Shown here: positions 23,760 to 35,960 of the stretch, piece after piece
Numbering within the stretch: the first letter of the stretch is position 1
How the letters are laid out: every line of letters begins with the position of its first letter
NCBI RefSeq assembly: GCF_006345805.1
Contig: NC_043003.1
Location: 58,962,001-59,026,000 of the forward strand
From: Octopus sinensis
Taxonomy: Eukaryota
Length of the DNA: 64,000 nucleotides
Direction of reading: 5' to 3'
Notes under the pieces: model-generated
The model's database searches: none
The model's input: the letters and a program-made list of their open reading frames with translations, nothing else
Told to the model about the DNA's origin: nothing
Program-made: the position numbers and the translations under genes

Positions 23760-23925
23760 TAGTTAATCCAAACATGAAAGCACAAAAAAAACAACGCGAG
23801 GACGTGGAACAAATATAGTATTATTGGACGCTCAGGAAAGAAGGAAAGAAGGAGGGTTTAACGTTTCGAGCGGAGCTCTTCGTCGGAAACATAGGAGAAG
23901 GAAAGATCCAGAGAAGGGAAGACGT
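23760..23925 (-). mobile_element. PLE pseudo-LTR-like repeat with a minimal type-I hammerhead motif at 23856-23890
   Basis: Minus strand: gttt-ccgacga-a-gagc-tcc-gctc-gaaac-gtt-aaac; stems I and II are perfect and the core has U4>C. Confidence 0.75.
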
Positions 23926-23951
23926 ATGTATGTATATATGGAAAATCAGTC

Positions 23952-24250
23952 CAGGTAGAAAATGCTAAAATAATTTTATAAAAAACATTTCAGTACCGGT
24001 TTCAGTCATTGTGACTTATTCAGCTGTAAGCGTGGAAGACAATTAAATTTTGGAAAAATTAAATGCAAAGTTTTTTAAAAGAATATTTGCCCCTTGTATC
24101 TGAATACTATGCAAATATTCTTTTTAAAAACTTTCCATTTAATTTTTCCAAAATTTAAATTGTTTTTCATGATTACAGTTGAACAAGTCTCAATGACTGA
24201 AACCGGTACTGAAATGTTTTTTAAAAAGTTAATTTAGCAGTTTCTACTTG
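23952..24250. repeat. 299-bp palindrome (inverted family E pLTRs) with a hammerhead-like motif in each arm
   Basis: The arms are reverse complements (cagtaccggtttcagtcattg / caatgactgaaaccggtactg) around a ~20-nt loop. HHR-like motifs lie at 23991-24026 (-) and 24176-24211 (+). Confidence 0.88.
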
Positions 24251-24318
24251 ACTTTTTTCCATATATATATATATATATATCAACTCGTGTGTTCCTTAAC
24301 ATTCTTCTATATTATATA

Positions 24319-24357
<39 letters not shown>

Positions 24358-24429
24358 TATAATATAATATATATATATATTATATATATATATACATATA
24401 TATACATACATGTGTGTGTTGTGTTTGTG

Positions 24430-24575
24430 TTTGAAAGAGGAGAGAGTTTGTCTTTGTGGTTACGTCCCCGTAACTTAGTGCTTTGGCAAAAAAGTCAATG
24501 TTTGATTCAAATCTTTCAAGGCGGTGCTCCACCATGGCCAAAATCAAGTGACTGAAACAGATGAAAGAATAACAG
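24430..24575 (+). mobile_element. SINE family C 3' fragment
   Basis: tacgtccccgtaacttag...ggcggtgctccaccatggcc...gactgaaac. Confidence 0.75.
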
Positions 24576-24669
24576 ATTATCTAGAATATGTCTGTCGTAG
24601 AGATAAGTATTGAATCAGTTCCCTAATGCGATTTATGAATGAAGTTATATTACCAACGTTCTCGATCGC

Positions 24670-24706
<37 letters not shown>

Positions 24707-25217
24707 TTATCTCTGTGATATAAACTCTATCTTATTTTAATCACACATGTTTTTACCATAGTATTATACAATCGATTATGTTCATGTCTGTCAATACGGA
24801 TTTGCTTTAAATAAATATAAAGTTAATTTTTCTAGATTAGGTTGACCAAGTAAACTAGATCAACCATCACATCTAATCAACAAGAACTTTAACTGATTAA
24901 AAGAAATAACTTTATATGAGGTTAGGGAATAAATTACAGAAAATATCACATATCTATTTTCTTGTTTTCTCAATTATTTTATCAAATGAATGTCTATATT
25001 TTTTTGTATGATTTATTTAATTTTTGCGATGTGATTATAATAATCTTTGTTTACAAGAGATTAATATTTCTTATAATACAAAACCTGTTGAACTGTTTCA
25101 GTTGAACGGTCGAAAGACAAGTGCGTAAAGTGAGTTAGCAGGAAATGACTTTATGCTACAACGAATCCAAGGCTTGTGCTATGTTTGCTGGGAAAATAGA
25201 TAATGAACTAATTTCAG

Positions 25218-25341
25218 ATACCTGGAAATGGAGCTAATGAAGTTGAAAGGAAATCTTCGTTTGCCAAGTCAAGTTGTGGAAAGATTCTTTGAAATTAAAG
25301 GATTCCGTTTACGCAAAAAGTCACAACATGAATCTTCACTT
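25218..25341 (+). CDS. Candidate internal coding exon (YLEMELMKLKGNLRLPSQVVERFFEIKGFRLRKKSQHESSL), unknown protein
   Basis: Acceptor gaactaatttcag and donor CTT|gtaagc. 124 nt open with an in-frame stop just upstream in the putative intron; purine-rich, protein-like composition. Confidence 0.5.
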
Positions 25342-26510
25342 GTAAGCCGAAAGCATATTTATCTGAAACTAATAGTGATGTTGGCATAACACTGTTTGCA
25401 TCTTCAGGCTAAACAGGAAAATTTCCAAAAACTTGTCTGTTTTTCATTTGTCAGTTTGGTTTAAGGAAATAATACACGGTTGGAAGGAAAACTATTTCAA
25501 ATTTAAGAGCTGACATTAAAATGCAAGCAGCTTAATAACAGGCAGCGGAAGTAGGAAACTATGTTATAGCGTCAACATTATACCAAACTTCTCTGCACAT
25601 CCACAGCATCAAAGCAGCATAAATTCTTCTAGCTCGCTGTTGCCTCGAAACGGTTTCGATTTTCAATTGAAGAAATGTTTGCCAAGTAAATCTCTTAGAA
25701 AACGAATAAACATGGTACCATCGTGATCTTTATCCTGATAACTGTGCCACAGTAAAATATATAAATTTTTATGTTCACACATTAATAAAATAAGAGATAA
25801 GCATGAGCTTGTATTTATGCGATTCTCAAATGTATGCTACCGACTCGGATCCCGCTGCGAGGCACCTTGTCAAGGGTTTTCTAGAGTCAGACCCAGTTGA
25901 GTGAAGGACATGGTGTAGATGTAAACGTTGGAAAATAGTTTCACTTGACGTTAGTAACAGCTAAAATCATTTCATGAATATAACGTTATCAATGTACACT
26001 TCCCATAAAGATGACATATACATGTACATATATATATATGCGCACACACATACACTCGCGCGCACGGACATACACACTCACATATATACGCACACACCCA
26101 TTTAGGTATGTATGTATGGTTGGCTGGCTGGATGGAAGGATGGACGAATATATGTACATTTGGATGTTTGTGTATACTCTTAATTTTAAACATAGATTTT
26201 CAAAAGCGTCTAAAATTTAACATTAGGTATACGAGATAACGATCCCTATTGATCAATTTTTTTTTTCCTCTCCCCCTTTTTTTTTAACCCCCCCTTTTTT
26301 TGTCCTCTTTCTCTCCTTTTACGATCCCTTTTGATCGAAACTCCCCCTTCCCGTTTTTTTTTTTAAACCTTCAAAAGAAAAGCTCTACCTTGTAATTTGT
26401 TCTATCTGTGTGCAGCCCTGTGTGACTAATAAAGAAACATATCTATTTATCTCTCTGCCTTCCTATCTATCTATCTATCTACCTACCTACCTACCTACCT
26501 ACCTACCTAC

Positions 26511-26558
<48 letters not shown>

Positions 26559-26643
26559 GTGTACACACACGCACACACTCACACATGTCTATACATCGTT
26601 ATAAAGAATGATGATGATGATAATAATAATGATAATAATAATA

Positions 26644-26690
<47 letters not shown>

Positions 26691-27061
26691 GGTGGTGGTG
26701 GCAATGATGATGATGATGATGATGATGAGGTAGGCCACAATACTTTTAACTTCTGACATATTATGATTACTAAGGTACACTAATAAATCAAATGAAAACA
26801 CATCGCTTTCCAAAATTTTGAAACGCGAAAGATAAGGGAGAAACGGTATATGATTACATTTATATTCGGTATTTTTCTTCATATTCATTGAGTGAACTGT
26901 GTCAGAAACGGTGAACTGGCAGTTCTTTTGACTCACTACTAACCTTTGTGACCCTTATCCCGCATCAGCCACAGAGTGTCCTGTTCTATTACTCGTTCGT
27001 CTTATTTTTCAACACTGACCATTATCTGCTGTTTATATTTTTCTTTTGATGTGGTTTACAG

Positions 27062-27111
27062 CTGTACAACCCCTTCGGCCATACCCGCACATTCTGTTTA
27101 TCTTGCGTTCA
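27062..27111 (+). CDS. Candidate 50-nt exon (LYNPFGHTRTFCLSCV), phase-compatible with 25218-25341
   Basis: Acceptor ttttcttttgatgtggtttacag, donor TCA|gtaagt; GC-richer than its flanks. Confidence 0.4.
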
Positions 27112-27720
27112 GTAAGTTAAAGCATTGTTTAAGAACCGTGCTCAACCTTCGATCACCTTCGGGGCAGACGCCAATTCTGCCACCCTTGGCCAAACATATA
27201 TCTTCACCTTATAACTGTAATGGCGTCAGATCTATTTAGCTTAATCCGCAACAAGCACTGGTTTTGTCTTTTTGTTCTGTCTCCCTCAAACCTCATTGTT
27301 TTTAGAATAATCTTATCAATTTCTATCAACAGAGATCAAGTAAAAACATACACATATACAGACTACAATGGCACCAAAACAAATAAATCTTCTATCGTCT
27401 GTTTTGTCGTACGTATTTTCATACACAAACACGTATACGCTGACACAAGAGAACATGCACCCCCAAAGCACACTCAAGGACACACATATATACACATACT
27501 GCTTATACATATATATATGTATATATATGTTTTTATGTATGTATGTATGTATGTATGTATGTATGTATGTATGTATGTATGTATGTATATATATATAAAT
27601 ATATACATATAGTGGCGTACGTACACTTTTGTCTCCTAATATATATATTATATATAATATATATATATATTATATATATGTATATATATTATATATATAT
27701 ATATTGTACATGTGTAGTGA

Positions 27721-27759
<39 letters not shown>

Positions 27760-28106
27760 TTATATCTATATATACATGTATATATAGTATGTATATATAT
27801 ATATGATATATATATATATATATATATATCTATATATATATATATATATATAATATATATATAAAATGTATATATATATGGGTGGGCTGGGTGGTATATG
27901 TGTATAATACATTAATATTGTTTTAGATGATGAAAATAACTAGCGAATATATCTTAAGGCTGGAGATAAATATTTCTAAGTAGTACATTAAAATGTTTTC
28001 ATACGCATTCACACACACTTGCTCGTAGACACATAGATAAATATGAACACATGTATGTATACTTATGCACATAGCTATACATACGTATTCAACACACACA
28101 CACATA

Positions 28107-28144
<38 letters not shown>

Positions 28145-28208
28145 CATATGTATAAGACATAATACATCCAAAGTATGCATATGTGTGTATGTATATGTAT
28201 GCGTGTGC

Positions 28209-28240
<32 letters not shown>

Positions 28241-28855
28241 GTATATGTGTGCATTTATTTGTGATTGTGTTTGTAAATTCATATAATGTAGGATTTATGG
28301 AACTTTCCTAGAAATGTTTAGTTCTGGAAATGAATAAATAAAGATCATTTAAGATAAATCACTTGTTCTCTCTTTAGCCTTCGCACACACACGCACACAT
28401 GCACACACATCCCTGGGTACGCTTAAGTATATTAGTGACTTGGCATATGAAACTGTAAAGAAAAGACTTAGCAGGATCTATGTTCGCTACAACACATTCT
28501 GAGTCCATATATCGCTAAAGGTATTTACTGTGTCTTAGAAAAGATAAATTGTCTACGTGTACTATATATTATGAAAAGAATGGTGCCAGGCATATTACTG
28601 TGATCTTTCTATGAATCGAAATAATTTTGAGAGGATGAGAGCGTTGTGTTCTTAATCCTACTTTTTGGTGATAAACTATTCAGACAACCTCGAGAAGCTG
28701 ACAATTATCGAAATCACACCTGCGCGGACACAAATACATACAAATGCATACACACTCACACGCGCATTCTTATCTGTCCGTATGTTTGTAATTCTATTAA
28801 TATGTGTATGAATGTATGGAGGAATATATTAGGTGTGTAAATATATGTATGGCAT

Positions 28856-29205
28856 TGGAGGCGCATGGCTTTGTGATTAGGTTGTTGGACACACGATCGC
28901 AAGATCACAATAACGAGGTAGTGAGTTCGATTCCCGGACCGGGCTGTGTGTTAGGTTCTTGAGCAAGGCACTTTATTTCACGTTGGTCCTGTGCACTCAG
29001 TTGTAGAAACGAGTAGCGACGTCACTGGTTTCAAGCTGCATCGGCTTTTACCTTTTCCTTGGATAACATCGGTGGTGGGGAGAGAAGAGGATTGTATATA
29101 TGGGCAACTGTTGGTTTCCATAAACAACCTTGCCCGGACTTGTACCTTGGAGAGTAACTTTCTAGGTGCAAACCCATGGTCATTCATGACCGAAGACGGT
29201 CTTTT
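28856..29205 (+). mobile_element. SINE family B
   Basis: Collinear with 3317-3645, with a short insertion after the A-box. Confidence 0.88.
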
Positions 29206-29229
29206 TCCATTACCCTATATGTATGTATG

Positions 29230-29260
<31 letters not shown>

Positions 29261-29419
29261 TATATATATATAATATATATATATATCGATATATATATAT
29301 ATTAGTGATAAAACTTACTGGCAAAGGATGCGTGGCGTTCGATCATATAATAAATAAATAATATAATATATGCATATATACATATATATATGTAACATAC
29401 CTACATCTATATGTATATA

Positions 29420-29625
29420 TACATGCATATATGGGTACAGGTCATCAAAATAACGTTGAACACAATGAGAAACGAAAACATAAAAACAAAAACAAAGAAA
29501 ACGAACTTTTTTTTGAACAACGAAAAAAAAAACCAAACAAACAGAGAAACGAGACATGCAACATAAAGAATATCCCCCTTCGTTGTGCCTGTTTCATCTA
29601 CTCCACGTTTCGAAACAGTTGTGAC
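29420..29625. repeat. Probable interspersed repeat remnant (A-rich, pLTR-like)
   Basis: gggtacagg...aacgttgaacacaatgagaaacgaaaac...ccacgtttcgaaac; A-run architecture like the other pLTR-like repeats. Single copy in the window. Confidence 0.4.
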
Positions 29626-30239
29626 AATCACTAGCTTACTTCGAATACTATGTAAAAACAATTTAAAGAACGAAAGAATATTTTTATGACTGATGTAACA
29701 TCTTTGCGAAAAAGATCGAGACTTAAGCATGTTCTGTCGCTGTCACTCGCATCCAGAACAACGATCAGATTGTTCTTTTCATCTAAGTTCATTTAAACCT
29801 TTTGACATCAACTTTAACATGATGAAATTACAAACCATTCATGAATGTTTCATGTTAAATTATGTTCAAAACTTAATAACAAAACAATTTGACCAAACCC
29901 TTCCTTATTTTCAAAATTAAATGAAATAAAGACAGTCTATTTAAATAGAAATATGGTGACAAAAATGGTTAAAATCATTAATTGATTTTTGATTTCTTGA
30001 AATTATCCCCCTTTGCCATGTGAGTTGCTAGCAATTTCCGTCAGGATTTTGATTTCCATCGATGTGCAATAAGAGAATTTTAACCAAGCAAGAATTAATC
30101 CAGTATAGCTTTTTATACACTTTTTGATTTTGTTATCCGAATACATGGCTTTGTTAGAGTAAAATTAATTTTCATTTGCTCATTTTAGTTTCAATTATAC
30201 AAACATCTTATAATCGATTAGACACATCTTTTTTCTTTT

Positions 30240-30560
30240 ACCTTTTCAGTCATTAGCCAGCAGCCATAACGGAGGACCACCTTGAAGAGTCTTGAGAGAC
30301 AAATCAATCCCAGTAGTTATTATATTTCGTCAGGTATTCATTTTATCGGTCATTAAGGGACGAAAACAAATCAAAACCGGCTGTCAAACAATGTGGGAGA
30401 CAGATACAAATATAAAGACGTAAATAAATTTATATACATAGATGTATAACCGATGAGCTTCTTTCCTTTTCCACTTACGAAATCCACTCTCAAGGTTTTG
30501 GTTGATCCGGAAGAAGACTTGCCGAAAGTGCCATGCAATGTTACTGAACTCAAAACTTCT
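30240..30560 (-). mobile_element. Diverged SINE family C remnants
   Basis: ttttcagtcattag...ggaccaccttgaag and ttccacttacgaaatccactc...gacttgccgaaagtgccatgc...ctgaac. Confidence 0.6.
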
Positions 30561-31051
30561 GACAAGTAAGAACAATGTTGTACTTAAGACGCCAAATGAT
30601 GGTCTAAAACTTGGCCAGAGCTGCTATCACTTACTTTTGAGACAAAAATCATATTATGCTTCCTTACGTTGTAAATTTAACCGTGCATTTATTATAAGCG
30701 TCTTGGAGTGCTCTCACTCGTTAAGAATTCCTAACAATTACTGCGGCACAGGATAGGTTCATTTCTCATTTAATATTTTCTCTAAAGGAAGTTCAACAAG
30801 AAAATAATCAGATTGATACCTCCTTCTACTTAGTTACTCATAAAACCTGCAGTGTAGTCATTTTGTTTGAGTTTTGCTGGATATGTAACTGCTTTTAATG
30901 TTTATTCAAATGTTTACCTTACATCTTAAAGTACCATATATTGCATTGTGCACTGTTAATTATACATACTTATATATGTATTTCTCTTCCCCACTGTCTC
31001 TCCTCCACCTTTCTTTCTCCCCCGTTCCCTCTCTTTATATATATATATATA

Positions 31052-31202
31052 TACTTTATTTTAAGCAGCAGAAAATTCAACAAAATCTGTTACTCTGAGT
31101 TTCTCGTTGCCGTTCATCAGACAGTTTTTGCTAGAATGGAACATATATATTAATTCAATCTATACTCTTACAAACGCTACACCTTTAAAAAGAAATGGAC
31201 TT
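31052..31202 (-). repeat. Direct repeat copy 1 (pLTR-like) containing an intact type-I hammerhead
   Basis: About 98% identical to 32373-32523 (two 1-nt indels, one substitution). Confidence 0.93.
31081..31130 (-). ncRNA. Minimal type-I hammerhead ribozyme, predicted cleavage GUA|ACAG between 31091 and 31090
   Basis: Minus strand: CAAAAACUGU-CUGAUGA-ACGGCAACGA-GAAAC-UCAGA-GUA-ACAGAUUUUG. Intact core, stem I CUGU/ACAG extended by CAAAA/UUUUG, palindromic stem III ACUC-A-GAGU, short stem II. Confidence 0.75.
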
Positions 31203-31486
31203 ATATATATATATATGTAATTGAGAATATGTGAGCGAGGAAGACGGGGAAAAAGAGTGGCAGTGAAGAGGTTATGTATAACAGAGAATTATGTTTGCAC
31301 ACACACACACACTCACACACATACACACACACACGCACATACACACAAACACACACACACACACATACACATACATATGTACGTATACAACATAATATTA
31401 TAGATGGGTATATGTGACTTTTCCATATCAAAATCCTGTGTGAATTCTTATAACCTAAATTATGTATATGCGTGTTTGTGCGTCTG

Positions 31487-31558
<72 letters not shown>

Positions 31559-31570
31559 ATATATATATAT

Positions 31571-31616
<46 letters not shown>

Positions 31617-32283
31617 CAGTATATATAATACGTATATATATATGTGTCATTTCTATATATGCATGCATATATATATATATAAATATACATCTTTCTTCTC
31701 TCTCTCTCTCTCTCTCTGTATATTGTATGTACATGTATTTAGGTACACGGGTATCCACGTTTCAGAACACATAAACTTACATATGCCCACTCAATATACT
31801 TCTATACATGTGCGTAGAGTTACACTAATATACCCACAAGTGCGTTTATGGTGTGTTCATGTCTGCGTGTGGCGTAGAGTTGCATAAAAGCAAGGATTTA
31901 AAACACATAGATACCCATATCTTTCCAACACGTCCTTTTATTTTGTCTCATTTTCTCAAGGCAGTTTCTCTACATGGCAGGGGACTTAGGCTGAGATTAG
32001 TGAATAAAAACACGTGCCCCAAAGCTTAACGCTTTTTTTTCTTTTGGTTCTTCTACCCATCATTCATGTCAGCTAGCTCTTCTTGCATCTCATGAATATA
32101 TTTATACACCAGCAAAAAAAAAAAAAAGTGAACCTAACGACAAGTATATGATCGTGTGTATTGTTACAAGTATTTGCTACAAAAGCAGAGTAAATTTTCA
32201 TATATCTTAAACCTCATATTTTGTTCAAATCTATTTCTTTTCAGAAGTGTTTGCGCATGTATAGAAGCTACATATATAAATAC

Positions 32284-32327
<44 letters not shown>

Positions 32328-32335
32328 ATATAATA

Positions 32336-32372
<37 letters not shown>

Positions 32373-32375
<3 letters not shown>

Positions 32376-32523
32376 TTTATTTTAAGCAGCAGGAAAATTC
32401 AACAAAATCTGTTACTCTGAGTTTCTCGTTGCCGTTCATCAGACAGTTTTTGCTAGAATGGAACTTATATATTAATTCAATCTATACTCTTACAAACGCT
32501 ACACCTTTAAAAGAAATGGACTT
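32373..32523 (-). repeat. Direct repeat copy 2 (pLTR-like) containing an intact type-I hammerhead
   Basis: See copy 1. Continues into an A-rich segment leading to the Penelope ORF remnant. Confidence 0.93.
32403..32452 (-). ncRNA. Minimal type-I hammerhead ribozyme, predicted cleavage between 32413 and 32412
   Basis: Identical in sequence to 31081-31130; offset 1322 nt. Confidence 0.75.
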
Positions 32524-33479
32524 GTTTGATTGGCCCTTTAGAAAAAACGGTCAATCTTCGAGCGATAAACCAAAAAGGTCAAAAATATATGTATATATAT
32601 AAAAAAAAACTTATAAAAATATAAAATCCGAGGAAAAAACGAGAAAAAAACCTATTGCCGTTAATGAAGACAGTACAAATTAATGCATAGAAATTAAACC
32701 CGTTATAAATACTGCAATACATATTTATATTAAAATCCACATATATATATCAACATACACAAAGGATGCGCGTAAACGCCATACATACATATACAGACGT
32801 ATGAATATGAATCTAAATTATACACATAAAAGCATGTGTACATATATTCACGCAAACCGTCTCGCACGCAAGCTAAAATTCATCTATGTAGCAATTCTCA
32901 TATACTGAGCAAGGAGGGGGAACGAAAAAGAAGGGAAAGAGAGAAAAAGGAACGAAGGAGGGGTGGGGAAAAAAAACTTGTAGCGATGTTATTGGCATCT
33001 ATAGAGGCCAGTTATACATACACAAGTTTGAATTGATACATATACATACCGTCGTGTGTATGCGTGCTTAAGCACAAGCATACTTTCACTTACACATACA
33101 CAGATACGCATGCTTACAAATACATATGCTTTGCTATACACAAACTTATATAAACATTCTAAATTTGACAACATTGCTTTTTAAAAAAAAAAAATTGCTT
33201 TTAAAAATGGGTGCATTAATAAAAATATATACGAAAGACATATAAATAAAATATAACATCCTATTTTGGGTCATTTATAAATAATCAAGGTAATATAAAT
33301 AATCAAGGTAATCTTATGCAATACAATAACATGAAAACAAAGTTTTGTAGGTTTTTCCTAATATATATGTAGAAACAATAAGACTTTGCTATAGGTCCGT
33401 CGTAGCGCTCAAGAGTCAAAATCAAAAATCAAAAATAAAAATACAAAATATATACTCTATCCATATGGTATATTTATAT

Positions 33480-34603
33480 TCGACATTTTAAATTTAGCCG
33501 CGTGCCTACATAAGTTCATTAACTCACTTCTTTGATTCAAAGAATTGTTGTCTTTGAATAATATGTGCATTTTCTCTAATAAGCAAAAAGCCTGCACTTG
33601 AAATTATATTCGTAAGCCCCATGCCTGTATGGTGCCGCCTGTCCAGAATGCTCCATGTCACGTTGAAGGTGGGGCTTCCTTTTCTTTTAGTTCCCAGACA
33701 TATTTTGCTAGGCTGTTTTTTCTTCCTATTCTCTGGGTATTTAAAAGAATTCTTATGAGAATAAAATCTTTGGTTTTAAATGATTTTCTGAAGCCCTGTG
33801 TATGTCTTGTATTCCGATGAGCCTTCACTTGCACCTGGCTCTATAAAATACTCCTTTCACTAGACATTTCCCTTCTAACGGACAGGAGCTTTCGTTTTTG
33901 AAATTACATTTCTTAATGGGCTCGGCACCATGTCTAATCTCAATTAGCTTCCTATTATGTTGGCTATGTAAGAGGCGAAATTTCTGCAACAAGAATAGCT
34001 AACCTTCAGGGTTCTTCTAATAAATATTCTGTAGAATTTATGACCCTGCTTAAAATGCTTAGAGACTAATCTCAAAAATTCCTTACTATATAGTCTTTAC
34101 GGCCAAATTGAAAGCCGGGTTGAACCACAAAACTTTCCTGGTCCTAGTTTTCGTGCAGCATTATTATTAGCATTAAGCTGGTTGAACTGGATCTTCTCCG
34201 AGAATCCACTATTCTTTAATGCGCTATCGTAATAAGGTGCAGCATTATGGAATGCTGCCTCGTCCGAAGAAATTGAAGATATTCTTCTACCTACATTGCT
34301 GACTAAGTTGCTAAGGATAACTGGTGGATGGTTCGAATCTTTGCTAATATACGATAGCTTGTTCATTGGGCTTACGGAAAGGTTTAAATCTATCCGATCT
34401 TACATTAAAATTTACGTCTAAAAATTCTACACTATTCAGGTTAGTATCTATCGTAATCGTAAGCCATCATTTGAAAGAAAGCTATAAGGTCCTTCCTAAG
34501 TCTATCTGATTCATGGCCGTTTAGATTATGCGTGGCTATAAGGCCGTCATCCCTATATAGACCTGCATCTATAAATGGGAATTCTATTTTTAGATTATGG
34601 AGA
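33480..34603 (-). pseudogene. Penelope-like element ORF remnant: RT C-terminus plus GIY-YIG endonuclease
   Basis: GLYRDDGL (RT motif); YISKDSNHPPVIL...RRISSISS; KCN...CPLEGKCL..GVFY...KTYTG; RFYSHKNSF...LAKYVWELK; EK.HI...LNQRSELMNLCRH. Frameshifted. Confidence 0.92.
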
Positions 34604-34705
<102 letters not shown>

Positions 34706-34933
34706 TATATATAATATCCAGAAATGAGAGAAATTGAGTAGATAAAAACAGGACTACATATGTTTCATAGCTAGCGGAACATCAGAAAAGTAGTAAATTA
34801 TCCAATCCTGGGGTAGACCGCAAGCTACACTTCAGGCCAAGGGTACCTGTATACATATATATGTATATATATACATATATATATAATCATATATATATAT
34901 TGATCAAAATAAAAACATGATGCCAAGGATTCA

Positions 34934-35010
34934 GCGGTACATATGTTCAGGCCTTTATTAGACAAATTTATAACAATGCATAATGTATGTCTGTGGCCTT
35001 CTTCAGCCGC
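34934..35010 (-). ncRNA. Mirror hammerhead in the left arm (one A missing from GAAA)
   Basis: Minus strand: GCGG-CUGAAGA-AGGCC...GGCCU-GAAC-AUAU-GUA-CCGC. Confidence 0.55.
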
Positions 35011-35268
35011 GCACAACAGCTTCCACAAGGACATGTGTCACATCAAAAATTCTTGGTTGGGGATGCAAATCCTCTCATTCGCGTACGACATAATGCGGCA
35101 ACAGCATAGAATTGAAGCGTCCATCTCTTCTTCTTCAATGTAGAGAGAAGAAAGAGATGGACGCTTCAATTCTATGCTGTTGCGCATTATGTCGTACGCG
35201 AATGAGAGGATTTGCATCCCAACCAAGAATTTTTGATGTAACACATGTCCTTGTGGAAGCTGTTGTGC

Positions 35269-35345
35269 GCGGCTGAAGAAGGCCACAGACATACATATGC
35301 ATTGTTATAAATCTGTCTAATAAAGGCCCGAAACATATGTACCGC
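35269..35345 (+). ncRNA. Type-I hammerhead with extended stem II, predicted cleavage after 35341 (GUA|CCGC)
   Basis: GCGG-CUGAAGA-A-GGCC-[ACAGA...UCUGU hairpin]-GGCC-C-GAAAC-AUAU-GUA-CCGC. Core intact; palindromic stem III ACAUAUGU. Confidence 0.7.
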
Positions 35346-35550
35346 TGAATCCTTGGCATCATGTTTATTTTGATCAATTTACTCCACCACCTACACCACC
35401 AAACGGATTACACAGGTGCTTATAATTATCAAGTACCTCACCCCGAATTTCTGTTGTACTCAAATTATAAATATATATGTATATATAATTATATATATAA
35501 TATATATAGGTATATATAATTATATATATATATATAATATATATGTATAT

Positions 35551-35611
<61 letters not shown>

Positions 35612-35714
35612 GTATGGGTATATATATATATATAATATATATATATATACATATATATATAATATTTATATATATATATATGCATGCGGGTTTGTATGTT
35701 TTATCTTTTATTTG

Positions 35715-35960
35715 TGTTCAGTCATCGGATTGCTACCATTGTCTTGAAGAGTTTTAGCCAAACAAATCTATACCAATACCTATCTGATACTTACTGTATC
35801 AGTTTTATTTGTCGAACCTCTATGTTACGGGGACGTAACCAAACCAACACTGGTTGTCAAGCTTGCTGATGAGGTACAAATACAGAATAAAAGACACGCA
35901 CATATATATGCGTCAGGCTTCGGTCTCTCGTCTGATTACCTCTACCAAATTTGCTTACAA
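35715..35960 (-). mobile_element. SINE family C, diverged
   Basis: gttcagtcatcgga...gttacggggacgtaaccaaaccaacactggttgtcaag...caggcttc...accaaatttgcttacaagg. Confidence 0.75.

Larger units (their letters stand above)
34899..35378. repeat. 480-bp near-perfect palindrome (inverted pLTR-like arms) 5' of the Penelope remnant
   Basis: The arms of ~237 bp are reverse complements with a few 1-2 nt differences; central spacer ~6 nt near 35137-35142. Confidence 0.95.

Noticed and set aside
26236-26340. Repeated acgatccc..ttgatc with gatc/gatc-gaaac
   Set aside because: No CUGANGA-like core upstream; probably part of a pLTR-like repeat but not supportable as a ribozyme.
29560-29640. SH3-like peptide KGDILYV on the minus strand
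   Set aside because: Only seven residues, embedded in an A-rich repeat-like segment with no other SH3 features.
35862-35895. ctgatgag motif
   Set aside because: It lies inside a diverged SINE C copy with no stem II or GAAAC.
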